A stretch of 64,000 nucleotides of DNA. Origin: Aplysia californica (taxonomy: Eukaryota). A model generated the notes under the pieces. The model was not told where the DNA came from. It saw only the letters and a program-made list of their open reading frames with translations, and did no database searches. This document shows positions 37,495-50,134 of the stretch, piece by piece (positions within the stretch are counted from its first letter, which is position 1; each line of letters starts with the position of its first letter). The position numbers and the translations under genes were made by a program. Location: positions 218,832 through 282,831 of the forward strand of contig NW_004797271.1 of assembly GCF_000002075.1 (NCBI RefSeq). The letters run 5' to 3'.

Positions 37495-39142
37495 AATGAA
37501 TGAATGAATGAGCTAATCGTTACGTGTAACCGGGGCTTAAGAGCTACAAGAGATTAGATCCAAACCACTCAAAGAGACAGATCATTGAAAAGAGGCGACC
37601 AAAGAAACGAATCAATGGAAGATCAACACTCGACACTGTCACCAGACCAAAAGAAAAACACTAACTCCATCCATGCAACAGAGAAATGCTGAAACTCTTA
37701 ATGAGAACCAGAACTCCCCCCAAACACCAACATCAAGAATGCCAACATCAAAACTTCCTCCATAAATGAGACAGTGAAAAAGGAATGTGACCCAGTAGAA
37801 CAGAAGACCACGGCTCTCGAAACAATTGACTCCTACCATAGTAATTCAATCCATATTTACGCTGAGATGAGTCAGCTTTCAAGGGACCTATCAATGCAGG
37901 TTTTGGAGTAAGAATATAACATCCCGAAAAGGCGCGGGAAGAATTATTGATGCCTTTGGTACTCCTAGTACAAATTAAGAGGCAGAGGTCTCGCCATTGA
38001 AACAGCATCCTCAACCTGACCAGTATTTTAATTATTTATCCACTCAAAATCAGGGACACTGTATTTTTTACAGACGGAAAAGCAGTACTCCAAGCTTTAG
38101 AAAACATGAATTTCAAAAACCCAGCCTGCCTATCTATGGCTCTAACAATTAACACTTTCATGCAGACCTATGCCGTCGATCTGGCTTTACAGTGGAAACC
38201 TGGCCGCAGCAACATGCCCGAGAAGGACAGAGCTGACACCCTTTCCTCGAGGGGAACATCGCAAACACAACCTGAAAACCTAGTAGAACAAAAGACATTT
38301 AAAAACATCAAATACAACTGCAGAAAACAGTGGTTAAATGGTTTGGCAATGGGAAAAACTGGAAGAGCTGTATTTGCACACATGACTGCTTTCCAACGCA
38401 AAAGTTGCAATGAATTCCCTGAGCAGAAAACAAGTCACTATCTTCCGCCTGCGAACACAACACATCCCACTGAATTCCTACTTAAACAGGATCAGTAAGG
38501 ATACCCCACCTGCCTGCCGAGTGGCTGACAGAATGAAAGAGTATCACAGCACTTTCTTACCTGCCATGCTTTTAGCGACCTGTGTGCATGTAGTACCTCC
38601 CTACTGCCTCCTCAGATATCGGAAATACTCTATACAGCGACAAAAGACAGCTGATAAAAACCTGTAAATTTTTTGTCATATCGACCAGCCGGCCGCTGGA
38701 TCGGAAAAGTATAATAAGATAAATGGATAGCCTTTTAGCAGCTGTTTGATTTCATGTGTAGAGTGATAGCAAAAATAATCAAAAGCAGCAGTCTCTGCTA
38801 GAATTATTTCCTGGTTCTTGTCTGATAATGATTTATCATGCTAAATTAATATGAAAGTTATGATAAGTTGTGTTTGACCTCTTGCAAACCAATCTTTAAC
38901 GTAAAACAACCGTGCGTGGTAGCATTATACATCAGCGTCGAATGGGGATCGAACAATCTGCGTAGCCACACATCTCACAGTAAAAATTATCTTCTTGAGA
39001 TTATTTAAGTCAGCCAATACATAATGCTTTTATCCATCTTTAAGGATTGAAGTTCAACTTTATTATGAGGACGAGGAAGTACCTATAAGCGATGGGCATT
39101 CTTATCCGGCATTCATCTGGTAACTTAAAAACATTCTCCCAC

Positions 39143-39189
39143 CTTTGGTTTTTGCGACGGTGCTGCTGTTGTCTGTGTCCTCACCAAAT
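39143..39189 (-). CDS. Candidate 47-nt coding exon (Thr/Pro stalk) upstream of the TM exon
   Basis: Strong acceptor ttcattttcctctccacag, donor AAG|gtggga; phase 1 to 0, xLVRTQTTAAPSQKPK, joins FDDNG in frame. Confidence 0.55.
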
Positions 39190-39407
39190 CTGTGGAGAGG
39201 AAAATGAACAATTACTCAAAACACACATATAGTTATTCTAACAAACAGCTTGTTGTCAGAATTCAGAATTTGGCATGCATTGTTGAGAAAACAAAATTCA
39301 TATTCTTTAAATGTAAAGGAAAGGGGGTACATATAAAGTGCCATAACTAATGTACAGGTAAACTGGACTATCCTACTTAATACCAAGATACAAACCCAAC
39401 TCATAGT

Positions 39408-40019
39408 AGGTATGCAATGCTGAGCGAAAATGTCGCTCAGCGGGTGATCGCGGCAAAATTTATGAGAATTGACTCGCTTGTATCTTGCTTCCTGTTCCAG
39501 TATACTTTTAAAATTTCAAAGGTCTACAAACTTTTTTTTTGGTAATCTTTAATGTGAAAATATTGGAAAGGCGAACAAATAAAAAAATAATATGAATTAC
39601 TGGGGTTAAAGTTGGGCACCAAATCGGCTTTTCAGCGTTTTTCGGACGCAAAATCGTGAGATCTCCAAATGTAGCTTTTTTAAGTCCATTTAAAAGTACT
39701 TAAATCTCCAAAATGCAGTTCATTTAAGTCCATTTAAAAGTACTTAAATTGATGCTAATTTTTAGAGGTATTTTTAGAGATTTGATTTTAACTCAAAGTG
39801 TTTTTCGAACGGATTTTTATTAAATTATTGGAAGTAAAAATATATGGCTGGAAAGCTCATCCATTTTTCTATAAGACTGTATAAACGTTATAAGGACCGA
39901 TATGCATCGATGAGAGCATCGAAGTTTGGTAACTTTCCAAGGCTGAGCAAAAGCGAGACGAGAACTGGCAGGCGAGCGTCATGCCGAATCCCCGCCCATA
40001 AGCATATGGTAGCCAAGCT
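39408..40019. mobile_element. ~600-bp unclassified DNA-transposon-like repeat, copy A
   Basis: Colinear with 40729-41347 (GGCACC.AATCGGCTTTTC..GACGCAAAATCGTGAGATCTCCA; CGCCCAT.AGCA.ATGGTAGCC.AGCTTA). Confidence 0.7.
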
Positions 40020-40728
40020 TATTATATTCTGCCACTTTTCTTGAAAAATATGTTTAAATGATGGGTCACACGAGTTCATTGGTGAGTATATTGATACCCC
40101 CCCAGGACAGCCTGGCCGGGATCAGGAGTAAGCGCCAAACAAAAAGTGAAATAACTTAACACTAAGATTAACAGGCACATTGTTTCTAATATTAGATGAT
40201 GATGATGATGATGATGATCAATTCCTTTTTTTCTTGTGTTTTAAAAAATTTTTTTTAAAGCATACCAATTTACACCATGCCAATACATTTTTACGTAGCT
40301 TACAAATATCGGCACCAAAATCAGGACACAGGACAAAAAGAAACAAAAACAAACAAAAAAACAAAACAAACAAACACGATGCGGATACAAGGTAACTTTA
40401 CAAGACTCGCTTTAAAAAAAAATCGGTTATTGAGTGAAAACAAACGCTATTATAATGATGAAATATATCAACGCGTCTGTCCTGTGTGTGGTTTTGTTTT
40501 GTCAGCAGTAATAATGTAGAAAAATACTCTCAAACAAATCAACATTTATTGCCGATTCAAACTGTCTTATAGTGAATATTTTCAGTGAAACGAGTGAGAT
40601 CGAAAGTAAAGTAAAACAGATTCCTAATAAACCTAAAGTTAGTTTAGTCAAAGTCTGTCAAAATAATAATGATCTAATCCTAAATCTGTTATCTTTCCAT
40701 TGCAATTTAGATCTGTTAGTTTACAGTT

Positions 40729-41347
40729 AGGTAGGCAAGATTGGGCGACAATAGTGCTCGGCGCGGGCTCGCGACAAAAACGAGAAGAATTTAACTTGTT
40801 TCTATCTCGCTTCGAGTACCCGTAAACTTTACATTTTCATATGCCTACAGAATTTTGTCCTGAATCTTAATCTTTAATGTTAAAACATCAAATACGTAAA
40901 ATCATAAAACAAAATAAGTCTGAAGTACAGGGGTCAAAGTTTGGCACCGAATCGGCTTTTCTGCGTTTTTCAGACGCAAAATCGTGAGATCTCCACACCT
41001 ATGCGTTCTCAAAACGCCGGTGCTCCGCTCGAACGACATCGATTACAATGTAATATTTATAAGTACTTAAATTGGTGTTTCTTTTAATTCATAGAGGGCT
41101 AATTTAACTCATAAAACATACAATTCGCAATCAAAAAATTTGAAAGGCTTTTAGGAACGGATTTTATTAAAATATTCGAGTTAAATGTATATTGCTGTAA
41201 AGCTCATCCATTTTTCCATGTAAGCAGTATTAGGACCAATATGCATCGATGCTTGGAAACTTTCCTTGACTGAGAAAAAACGAGGTGACAATCAGCATGC
41301 GAGCGGCATGCCGGTGCACCGCCCATTAGCACATGGTAGCCTAGCTT
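40729..41347. mobile_element. ~600-bp unclassified DNA-transposon-like repeat, copy B
   Basis: Diverged direct repeat of 39408-40019; weak inverted ends AGGTAGGC / GCCTAGCT followed by TAA. Confidence 0.7.
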
Positions 41348-41419
41348 AAACAATATTATTACAAAACTATGTATGTAAATACAGTGGAACTTGGACTTGG
41401 ATCAACAAGAACTCTTTTT

Positions 41420-41897
41420 TTATTATTGTTTTACGGCGCTCATAACTGCACACGAGTGCGCGAGACACATTCAACATTTTCAGTTGGTAGGAAATTTGGA
41501 ATTTTGCCGAGGTGGCGGCTGAAGCCTACTCTTATCGATTTTGGACTACTGAGGAATCTTTAACGTGCGCACCTTGCGAGAATGGTAGGTGTAAGCTTAG
41601 ATGTTACGTACTACATGATTAGGGGTTTGGCTGAAAAACAGTAGTAAGAAGATGCCAAGGAGAAGCTGTAGAAAGCCGTAGAAAGAGTCAGAAGCCCAGA
41701 GGAGGGGACAAAGAGGTGAAGGGGTGAAGGCAGAAAGTAGAGACGAAAGCAGATGACAGAACATTGTTAGAGGGCAGGGAAGGATGTAAAAGGAGACAAT
41801 TTTAGAGAAGAGAGTATCCAGTCGCTATCCGGATTCGAACCATTGGCCTATTGAATGAGAGGCGCACACCTTAAGCTCTAGACCACGAGAACCTCCC
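41420..41897 (-). mobile_element. Near full-length Nin/Deu-type SINE
   Basis: Head GGTTCTCGTGGTCTAGAG..GGTTCGAATCC, partial core and tail hairpin. Confidence 0.87.
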
Positions 41898-42459
41898 AAC
41901 AAGAACTATGTACTTCAGATCGAACAATGTCGGAAAATTCAAACCTCTGCTGTAGAGAGAAAATATAGTCAACATTGCTCAGTCACTTTACTGAACAAAG
42001 TCAGGCCGAAGTAATGTTGCCATCTGGCATTCACTCACTCCTCATCATTCGCTCTTGAGGCGGCCCAAATATCCATGTTATTCCTTCCTTCGGCGGCCAT
42101 AGTTCGCCGTGCAGCTAGTCCCCTTGGGGAAACAGTAGCTGCACAGGGACTGAGTGAGATGGGCTTTGGGGAGGGAGAGGAGGGTCAATGATTTGCTGAC
42201 ACTTTCTTTGTTTCTGAAAAACGAAGTACCGCAGAGCTACGCAAGGTACTCTGAGCACAGGGGCATCCCTTCTCACGTCCAAACATCGTGCCTATTGATG
42301 GGGCCAGTCAAAGATATATATACAAATCTTGGGTTGTAAATTATTAAGATTCATCTGGGTAACATGATAGGCCCGAGGCAAGACTAACAAAGTAAGACTG
42401 TTGAGTAGTGTAATTGTGCGTAGTCACTTGTCTCTTAGTGTAAGACAGCTGAAGCGTGT

Positions 42460-43040
42460 GGTGACGGTTGCCCACAGTATCGGAAAGAAAATATATAATC
42501 TCGTTTGTTTACAAAGAAAATAATCTTAGACCTCACCACACACAACAAACCATGCACAAAAACAAAGGCATTCAAAGCCGCATGCAAAACAAAACCCATT
42601 AAACAATACCATGGTGCAGAGAAAATCTTCACAGATGGCTCTTAATAGACTTAGCTCTAGGCGCCGCTGATGTGCCACAGACAAGACTTAAAAATGCTGT
42701 CAAGAGCTACACCTCACCTTGTGGGAGGATCACTGGGGCGTACAATTGAATATGAAACTCCACAATATTATGTCCAAACTGGACCCATGAAAAGTTGTCT
42801 TACTTGATTACACATTGGACATGCCTCCCCCACGCATAAAATGCGCCCTGTATGAAGATGAGAATCCCTTTTGTGTCGGATGCTATACATGTATAGAATT
42901 TAGCTCCAGGCACATACTAATAGAATGTCCGCACTTTGAAGAAACCCAAATAGAATATTTCTAATGTACAATTTGACGAATTTGTTCTCTGTTGTTGATC
43001 ACAAACGTTTTAGCTATACCATAACTAAACTGTCTTTAAG
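42460..43040 (+). mobile_element. Decayed 3' fragment of the I/Nimb-type LINE (RNase H, CCHC)
   Basis: GAEKIFTDGS; LHIGH..THK; RHILIECP; similar to the reverse complement of 2230-2960. Confidence 0.75.
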
Positions 43041-43049
43041 TTTAGATGC

Positions 43050-43330
43050 CGTCCCGTAAACTGGGGTGATTTTGGCACCCAGGTGTGACTAGGGCATTTA
43101 ACCAAATGACGAAGAGCTTCAGAACAGGAATATCTCTCCTCAAACTCGGAGTTTGGCGTTGGAAATCAGAGATAAACCCAGAACCTATTTGAAGACTTTG
43201 TTGAAGGAATCTTGAGAGGTTGATTTCAAATGCAGGCGGTAGCCATCTTATAAACAAGCCTCAGATCCACTAAAAATGTATCCTGCTGAGCTATTTTTAC
43301 GGAAATGTATCCCAAATTGATTACTCTTTT
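43050..43330 (-). mobile_element. Possible pogo/Tigger-like terminal remnant
   Basis: CCGTAAACTGGGGTGATTTTG terminus; LFIRWL fragment. Confidence 0.35.
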
Positions 43331-44843
43331 GGGCAAAGCTTTGCAAAATTACTCAAAATCAAAATTTCATTTGGCAAATCAGAATGTGATAGAAAGAATG
43401 TTACTGTAAGAACTAAAGGAGGCAAGCTGTTAAATCAGTACTATGTTAAAATCTGGAATATCTTTTCCTTTATTATGTAATTTATCAATTATTAGTAAGA
43501 AATTAAACATGAAAAACAATTTTTTTAAAACCAATAGCCTAATGATAATAATATTAATACATATCAATTAAAGACAAACATATGGAAAAAAAACCCTCAA
43601 CAAATCCCCTTTATCTTAATCTACCATTTAAACCTAATTTATGCTGGGTGACTGAATGTGATGAATGTGTATGCTGGCAATAATAAAAATAATATGTTGA
43701 TCAAACGATCATATTATATCTGACAAAGAACATTAATTTTAGTTTAGTTTTAGTAGAGATTTTACGGTGCTCGCAACTGCATGGGGTCATATGAGCGCCA
43801 AAAGATTAGAGGTGTTACAACATAAAAAAGAAGAAGGGGAGATAAGGATGATAGATGTTTGATAGGAAAAAAGAAGCAAACCACACCAGAGCACCCGCCA
43901 ACTACCCACAAACATTAATTTGTGCCTTGAAAGATACTTTTCTGTAGCGTTTGTGGTTTATTTATTGCATACTTTTATGTATTTGCCAAGAATGTAAGTA
44001 GCCCACAGTGTTGTATCACGTACAAATATTCTATTTCTATTAGGCTACCCAGCCCACTAGACCTGAGGAGATAGAGCATGAAACAATAAGACAGTTGAAG
44101 AAGAAAATTGTGTCACAGAAGAAAACAACCATAAAATTAAAGCAAGCAAAATCTGCTAGCAAAGAAAGAAATAGAACTGATCAAAACTTTGGCAGTCAAA
44201 TATCTACCTCCCAAGTCTCATGATTTTTTCAGCAAACAGCTAGACATGGCCACAAATGAAAGGAAAGAAATGGAGGGCCACAGACAAAAGCCATTTCATT
44301 GCATCATGCTTCTCCTAAAGCATACCGGCTACTCTAAAATCAATTTACATTACCATCTGTGAAAGCTTTGAAAAGAACAATGCCAAACATAGCAATCCAT
44401 CCAGGATTTCCAGAAGTCATTATTAAAACTTTCAATGTTAAAGTCTGTCACCTGGCTGAGAGAGACAGGCAATGTATTCTTATATTTGATGAAATGACCC
44501 TCAAAAGTCAGCTGCGTTATAACATTGAAAGTGATTGTGAGGAAGGTTTTTGAAGATTTTGGCCTGATTGGGGGGAGAACTGAAAAAGAAGCTGACCACG
44601 CTACCGTCTTTTTAGCCAGAGGGTTGTTTTCCAAATGGAAGCAACCAATGGGATACTTTCTGAGCAATTCAACTATGCGTTCTGAGATTCTTAAAGATTT
44701 GCTTCTTGATGCTGTCGTAGTACTAAAGCCAATAGGTTTGCAAGTAAGAGCCGTGCTATGTGATCAGGGCACCAACAGTCTTTCGAAAGATGCAGGTCAC
44801 CCCATACAGACTCTTTTTTCATCATCAGGAAGATAACATTCTA

Positions 44844-45492
44844 TAGTGCGGTCAAATATTCGTGGCGGGACTTATCCTCAAATATCTCTTCAACGGGTGA
44901 AAAAAATTGTCATCTATACTTTGCACAGCAGTTTGTTTCAATTTGTCTTAACTAAATCATATTTTTCCTGAACAATTGGGGCTAGATTAAAAAACGTTTC
45001 TTCATAAATTTATATAAAATACTTAAAATCTCTGTCACAAGTAAAATGGTTTGTTCACAGCACTTCCCGCTTCTCACACACATTTTGATTACGCATATGA
45101 CCGACGTCACAGCTCATCAATGACACTTTTTACTAGCAAAACTTGTTACAAAAAGTCATTTTCATAGCAAACACATTTTTTGCACTAATGCTTCTGAAAA
45201 CATGAGTTCAATAAGCAGAAGGTCCCGATTAGAAAGACCTGACGGATTTGCTATTAAAAGCAATATTGCCCCAGTTGTAAAGATTAAAAAATCTGTAGAA
45301 ACCACGCACTTTGATTTTTTATTAGTATTTATGTAAAGAATTTTCTAGAACACAGCTTGCAGGCGTTTACAAAATAAATCGATCTGTTAAGACAATTGAT
45401 ACTAGTCATTGTGCGAAAACTGGAGAACTTATGTTCAATAGTTCAGGAGATATTTGACAATAAGTCGCACCACGAATTTTTTGACATTACTA
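44844..45492. mobile_element. Tc1/mariner MITE inserted in the P transposase
   Basis: TA flanks; TIR TAGT..GTCAAA.ATTCGTGG.G.GACTTAT; long imperfect inverted arms; the transposase resumes after it. Confidence 0.85.
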
Positions 45493-45529
45493 TAGTCATG
45501 TTCGACCCCCCCCCCTCATCTGTTGAAGC

Positions 45530-46908
45530 ACGATTTTTTCCGCAATGACCTACGTAGAAACGGAACGAAAGCATGGTCACTTCTCTCCAACTTGTGTGGA
45601 GAAAAACGCCGAAACAACCCAAAACCCATGGACACAAAGGAAGGCACCATCGAAGAAGACCAAAACAAGTTCTTTGCTTCTATAAACAAAGTTACACCCC
45701 ACACTGACCGACATAGAGACTGTCTGAAAAGACTGAAGGAGAAAGAGCATGCGCCAAATGCAAGCATCTCTCTCTTTGAAGATGACTTCACATTCACTGA
45801 GCTCAACAGGGCAATGAAGAAACTGAAGCCCCGCAAATCCCGAGGACCAGATATGATCCACAATGGAATGCTTGTCAAGTGGAAACTAAAAGCAAATTGT
45901 ACCAAGTCAATCTACACCGTCTTTACAAAAAGTCACAAAGTTGCAAAGCAAAATCTCACCATCTCACTTGCAGGACACAAACTAGAAAAAGTTGAAAACC
46001 CGACCTACCTTATGATCGAGCTGGAAAGACAGTTTTCATGCAAAAACCATATCTGGAACCTGAAGACCAAGGCCAACAAGAGACTTAACCTTCTCAGACG
46101 ACTGGCTAGCACTTCATGGGGAGCGGACAAGGATGCACCCAGACAGTTATATGTTGGCTATATACGCTCTGCCATGGAATATAACCTAACCTTACAGACA
46201 ATCTGCAGCAAACCAACTCAGAGGTCTCTTGACAAAATCCAAAATCAAGCTGTACGATTTATCTCCGGAGCTTTGAGATCCACTCCAACTGCAGCTTGTG
46301 AAATCCATACGAACCTGGAACCCTTGGACTTGCGGAGAGAGGCAGCAGCTGTGGAGATGAGTGAGCGCTACAAAAGACTAGAGAAAAACCACCCAAACAG
46401 AAACATAATTGAACAGAGACGACCAAAGAAACGGATTCATGGAAGATCAATACTTGACACAGCCACTGAACTAGCAGAAAAACACCATCTTCCATGTAAG
46501 AGAGAAATGCTGAAACCCTTAAGACCAGAACTCCCCCCAAACATTAACATCAAGAATGCCAACATCAAAACCTCCCTCATAAAAAGACAGTGAAAAAGGA
46601 ATGTGACTCAGTAGAACTGAAGACAACAACTCTGAGGACAATTGACTCCTACCCTAGTGATTCAATTCATATTTACACAGACGGGTCAGCCTTCAACTAT
46701 AAACGCAGGCTTTGGGGTAAGAATTGAACATCCTGACAAAACATGTGAAGATCTATTCGATGCATGTGGTACTTCTTGTACAAACTACGAGGCTGAGGCC
46801 ATCGTCATTGAAGCAGCAATCCTCCACCTGACCAACATTTTCATAATACATCCAAACAAAATCAAGAACACTAATATCTTCACAGACGGAAAGTCAGTAC
46901 TCCAAGCT
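45530..46908 (+). mobile_element. Ingi-clade LINE fragment with RT core deleted and partial RNase H
   Basis: 356-aa ORF: RKSRGPDMIHNGML|VKWKL.. (deletion), PTYL, LLRRLASTSWGA, RFISGALRSTP; then IYTDGSA, NYEAE, IFTDGKSVLQA. Confidence 0.9.
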
Positions 46909-47893
46909 AAGGGGGACGTGAAGCTCTTACTAAGCAACAGGTTGAACCAGGACTGCGGAGGGAACCTTTTTGCAGGCATCAGAGGAAACGACGGTCATAG
47001 AGATAACCATGCGCCCCCACCCCCCCTAAGAATTCCTCATTGCTTTTCGTCAGATAATGGTTGATAAAGTCCTCCTGACCAGTCCTGGTATGAATTGTAA
47101 GGATGATATTAATTACTTTCTACTCAGCTTTGACTCCAGCAGGTGTACCCCAATTTTATACCACCTGTATTCTCAGAAGGTAGAGCACAAAATGAGGAGC
47201 AACCACCAGTGACTAATCTCATCAAGTCACTAAAAGTAAAGGACATGGTGCATCTAGAAAATGTAGTCACATAATAATATATCAATGGGTATTTGCTCAG
47301 GAAAGTTTCTCCAGTCATAATGTATGTGACCAGTGCAAGTCTTTGCTAGATGAAAAAGAAAACACACACGCCAAGCACCTGACTTTCATTAAGCGTATAA
47401 AACCAGCACAAGTGAAGCCAGTCTTGTCAAGGTAAGTTTCCTGCTTGTAGAAGCTGTGGGTCTATTGGAAGCTAGTTTTCAAACACATCTACAAGCTACT
47501 TTGAGAAAAACAAACATCAGACAGCACTTTAAAACGAAGCTTTTGAACCTCCCATGCAGTCAGCACCTGAAAAATTCAAATTGCCACTGCCATACTGTTG
47601 ACTACATAGCAAGCTAGTTCCTCACAGTCAGAATCCACCATGAACTGAAACTTAGAAACACCGCACCGAAAACGAAGCCACACAAACGAAGCTCCAGCAC
47701 TGTTAATCTAAATCTAAAGACAAACTGCCGAAACTGTATCTCCAGCAATGTAACGGTGAGTGCACAAGATTCTCCATTTGGGCCTTCGCCCACCTCTAGT
47801 AAAAGTATTATAGTTTGTCGAACTGTATGCTCTTTGACTCTTGGGGAGCAGTACAAATCTAGCTAGATCTATCACTCATTATAATGTAATTCT

Positions 47894-47922
47894 GTCTATC
47901 TATCTATCTATCTATCTATCTG

Positions 47923-47978
<56 letters not shown>
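47894..47978. repeat. (TATC)n microsatellite
   Basis: Direct inspection. Confidence 0.97.
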
Positions 47979-47979
<1 letters not shown>

Positions 47980-48378
47980 ATCGCTCTCTCCCAGCGCTAA
48001 ATTATAGTACTAGTGCGTGCAACACAAGTGTCGAAGTTGATCAGCAGTAAGTCTCCAATGTAAACTATCGGCAGCCCAGAGAGTTATACGCGCAGCTGCA
48101 AAGGTGGGAGGGGCCTGCATTTGGCATATGACGAAAAGAAGAGTTGCCCCGTCTTGGTATAATTAGTCTTGGATGTAACCTGGTTAAAGTTCAATATTGG
48201 CTGTCCTTGGTCTGTGAGTCTAAGTATTATTTTTAAAATTTTAGGCTAAGGTGAAGGCCAAAAAACGAAGTGGGTAGGTGTACATGGAAATTCCTGTACC
48301 TCTACTCGTCACCTTCCGTGTACCGGGAAGTAGTGGTTCTCTGCGCATGCGTCCAGTGGTCAACTAGCAGCTAGCGGG

Positions 48379-49360
48379 TAGTGCTGGGACAATACCACTA
48401 TTTAGGAACCGATGGGATACATGATACTTTTTCGAGGTATTCATTCGAGACCGATTCCGATACCGATACCGAGTAGGCCTACTTGTACTTGATCGATATA
48501 TTAAAAAAACAAAACAATACACACACCAGGCACGCAAAATCAACACATTAACCTGAGAATGTATTTTTTTTTTGGGCCTAATAAACACTTAACCTGTGAA
48601 AGATTAGCCTATTCTTCTCAAAATTCCCACACAATACTAGTCTTTCTTGCTGCCATGTTGATTTATAGGCGAAGAGCGCGTTTCTTTTTCAAACCGGATG
48701 TTTCGATTGGACTTGAAAACAACAAGAGCGTCAACCCTTGGGTCAGTGAATTACCTGGGAATAATTAGTCCCCATGTATCGATCCTTTTCGAAAGTATCG
48801 ATTCGATTCCGATACCAAGAAGGCCTCGGGGTATCGACAAAGAGTCTACATAACAAGAGGGGCCACTTCTCTCTTAGAGCCAATTTAAAAAGTGTCCTCA
48901 AAATCGGGGGCGCCCTCTTCACAAATGCGCGTCCTTTGCGAACAGAGTTACCCTACTTGAGTTTAAAAAAATTAAAGTGAAACTTGCAAGTTTATGAATA
49001 CATTTCGGAAGAACACTTTTTTTAAAATGGTTACGCTGACAAAAAACATCTTCCGGAGGAAAGGGTGATTGTTTTCTTCGTTTAATTTGACTTTAGAATG
49101 AAAGGCGAGAGGTCATTTAAAAAACCCAAAAAAACCCCCAAAACTCCGCACTGAACGAACCCGAACTGCTGATGAACAGCAGTCGATCTGCTCACGCAAG
49201 GAGGTGCTTTTCCTGTTCTTCTTCTGGAAAAACGAAAGAGAGCTTCAAAACAGACTGCAGCGCCATCTGAAGCAAAGAGCGAACTTCCGGCGGAGACTTT
49301 CTTGGCTGAGTGGCCCATCTTGTTATGTACTATCTTTGGTATCGATGCATCGAATCGATT
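48379..49360. mobile_element. hAT-like MITE remnant with GATAC/GTATCG subterminal motifs
   Basis: Starts TAGTGCTGGGACAATAC; CGATACCGATACCG arrays; right terminus not found. Confidence 0.5.
48838..49338. mobile_element. P-superfamily-like MITE
   Basis: TIR CAAAGA...TACATAACAAGA..GGCCACT; 7-bp TSD GTATCGA (48831-48837, 49339-49345). Confidence 0.82.
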
Positions 49361-49386
49361 CTCTGCAGCGGCATTTTCGATATGAC

Positions 49387-49854
49387 CAGGGTTGCCACTC
49401 TCTATTTTGACACAAACCCAGATCCGGCCAAATATGGGTCAAAATAAACCCAGATTTCAGTCCATAAACCCAGATACATAGCTTATATAAGAGAAAAAAA
49501 GGCTTGAGGTTAAAAAAAAAATTGAATTTTTTTTAATTCAACAAAAATTTTGTAAAAGTTCATTAATTTTCAACTTCAATAAGCAATTTTCAGAATACTC
49601 CAACATTGAAAATAACATTGCTTACAGCGTGTGCAGTAGGCCAGATTTTAATGACAACACATGTAATGTAGCCTGCGACTACTTTAAAAAAAATCTTAGC
49701 CTATGCCTTGTGTCCTGGCCTAATTTGGCTTGTATTGGCTCTCATGGAGCCAAGAACCCAGATTTACTCAAGTTTACCTTGTACCTTCCCAGAACCCAGG
49801 ACCAAAGTCGAAATACCCAGATCTGGGTTCAAAAACCCAGGAGTGGCAACCCTG
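49387..49854. mobile_element. hAT MITE
   Basis: Perfect TIR CAGGGTTGCCACTC; 8-bp TSD GATATGAC; repeated ACCCAG motifs. Confidence 0.93.
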
Positions 49855-50134
49855 GATATGACGATGTTAAGCGAAGGGACTACTTTCCCTACGTTCCCTA
49901 ATTGGGAAGAACGTTTCGTTGCGGCACCCTCTTTTTTCAGCAGCACATTCCAGCCGATGATAAAAAAATCATCAACTACATGCGCTGCTGAAAATAAGAG
50001 GTTGAAAGGTGGGCAGAGGCGATATCAAGAGGATCAGTTTTCGTCTGTTATTACGGCTGCACCCATCGCGGTCAGTTCCAGCCACGCCAAAAAGGCCTTC
50101 GAACCACCAATCAGAATACAATTTTAAGATGTAG

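Larger units (their letters stand above)
33731..37537. mobile_element. PIF/Harbinger-like non-autonomous element hosting four nested insertions
   Basis: TIR AGCCCCG(A/G)TTACACGTA at both ends; 3-bp TSD TAA (33728-33730, 37538-37540). Confidence 0.85.
33429..38720 (+). mobile_element. 5'-truncated Ingi-clade LINE (33429-33730 + 37538-38720) split by a Harbinger-like element
   Basis: Colinear with 46052-46908; ASTSWGADKD, RNase H FTDGK..LQWKPGRSN..DRADTL, IFRLRTQH; joining restores GAGATGAG(TAA)GAGCTACAAG. Confidence 0.88.
44044..48171 (+). mobile_element. P-element/THAP9-like transposon, transposase pseudogene in three pieces
   Basis: SPKAYRLL, LPSV, CILIFDEM, KWKQPMGYF, VLCDQGTN (44300-44780); MFD(P)nHLLK (45498-45530); RLNQDC..FAGIRG..RDN (46909-47010); YINGYLLRK..CDQC, TVRIHH; putative right TIR ending ~48171. 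Confidence 0.9.

Noticed and set aside
41917-41952. Good minus-strand acceptor (tattttctctctacag) upstream of the 39143 exon
   Set aside because: The donor is weak and no frame ends in the phase 1 needed to join the next exon.
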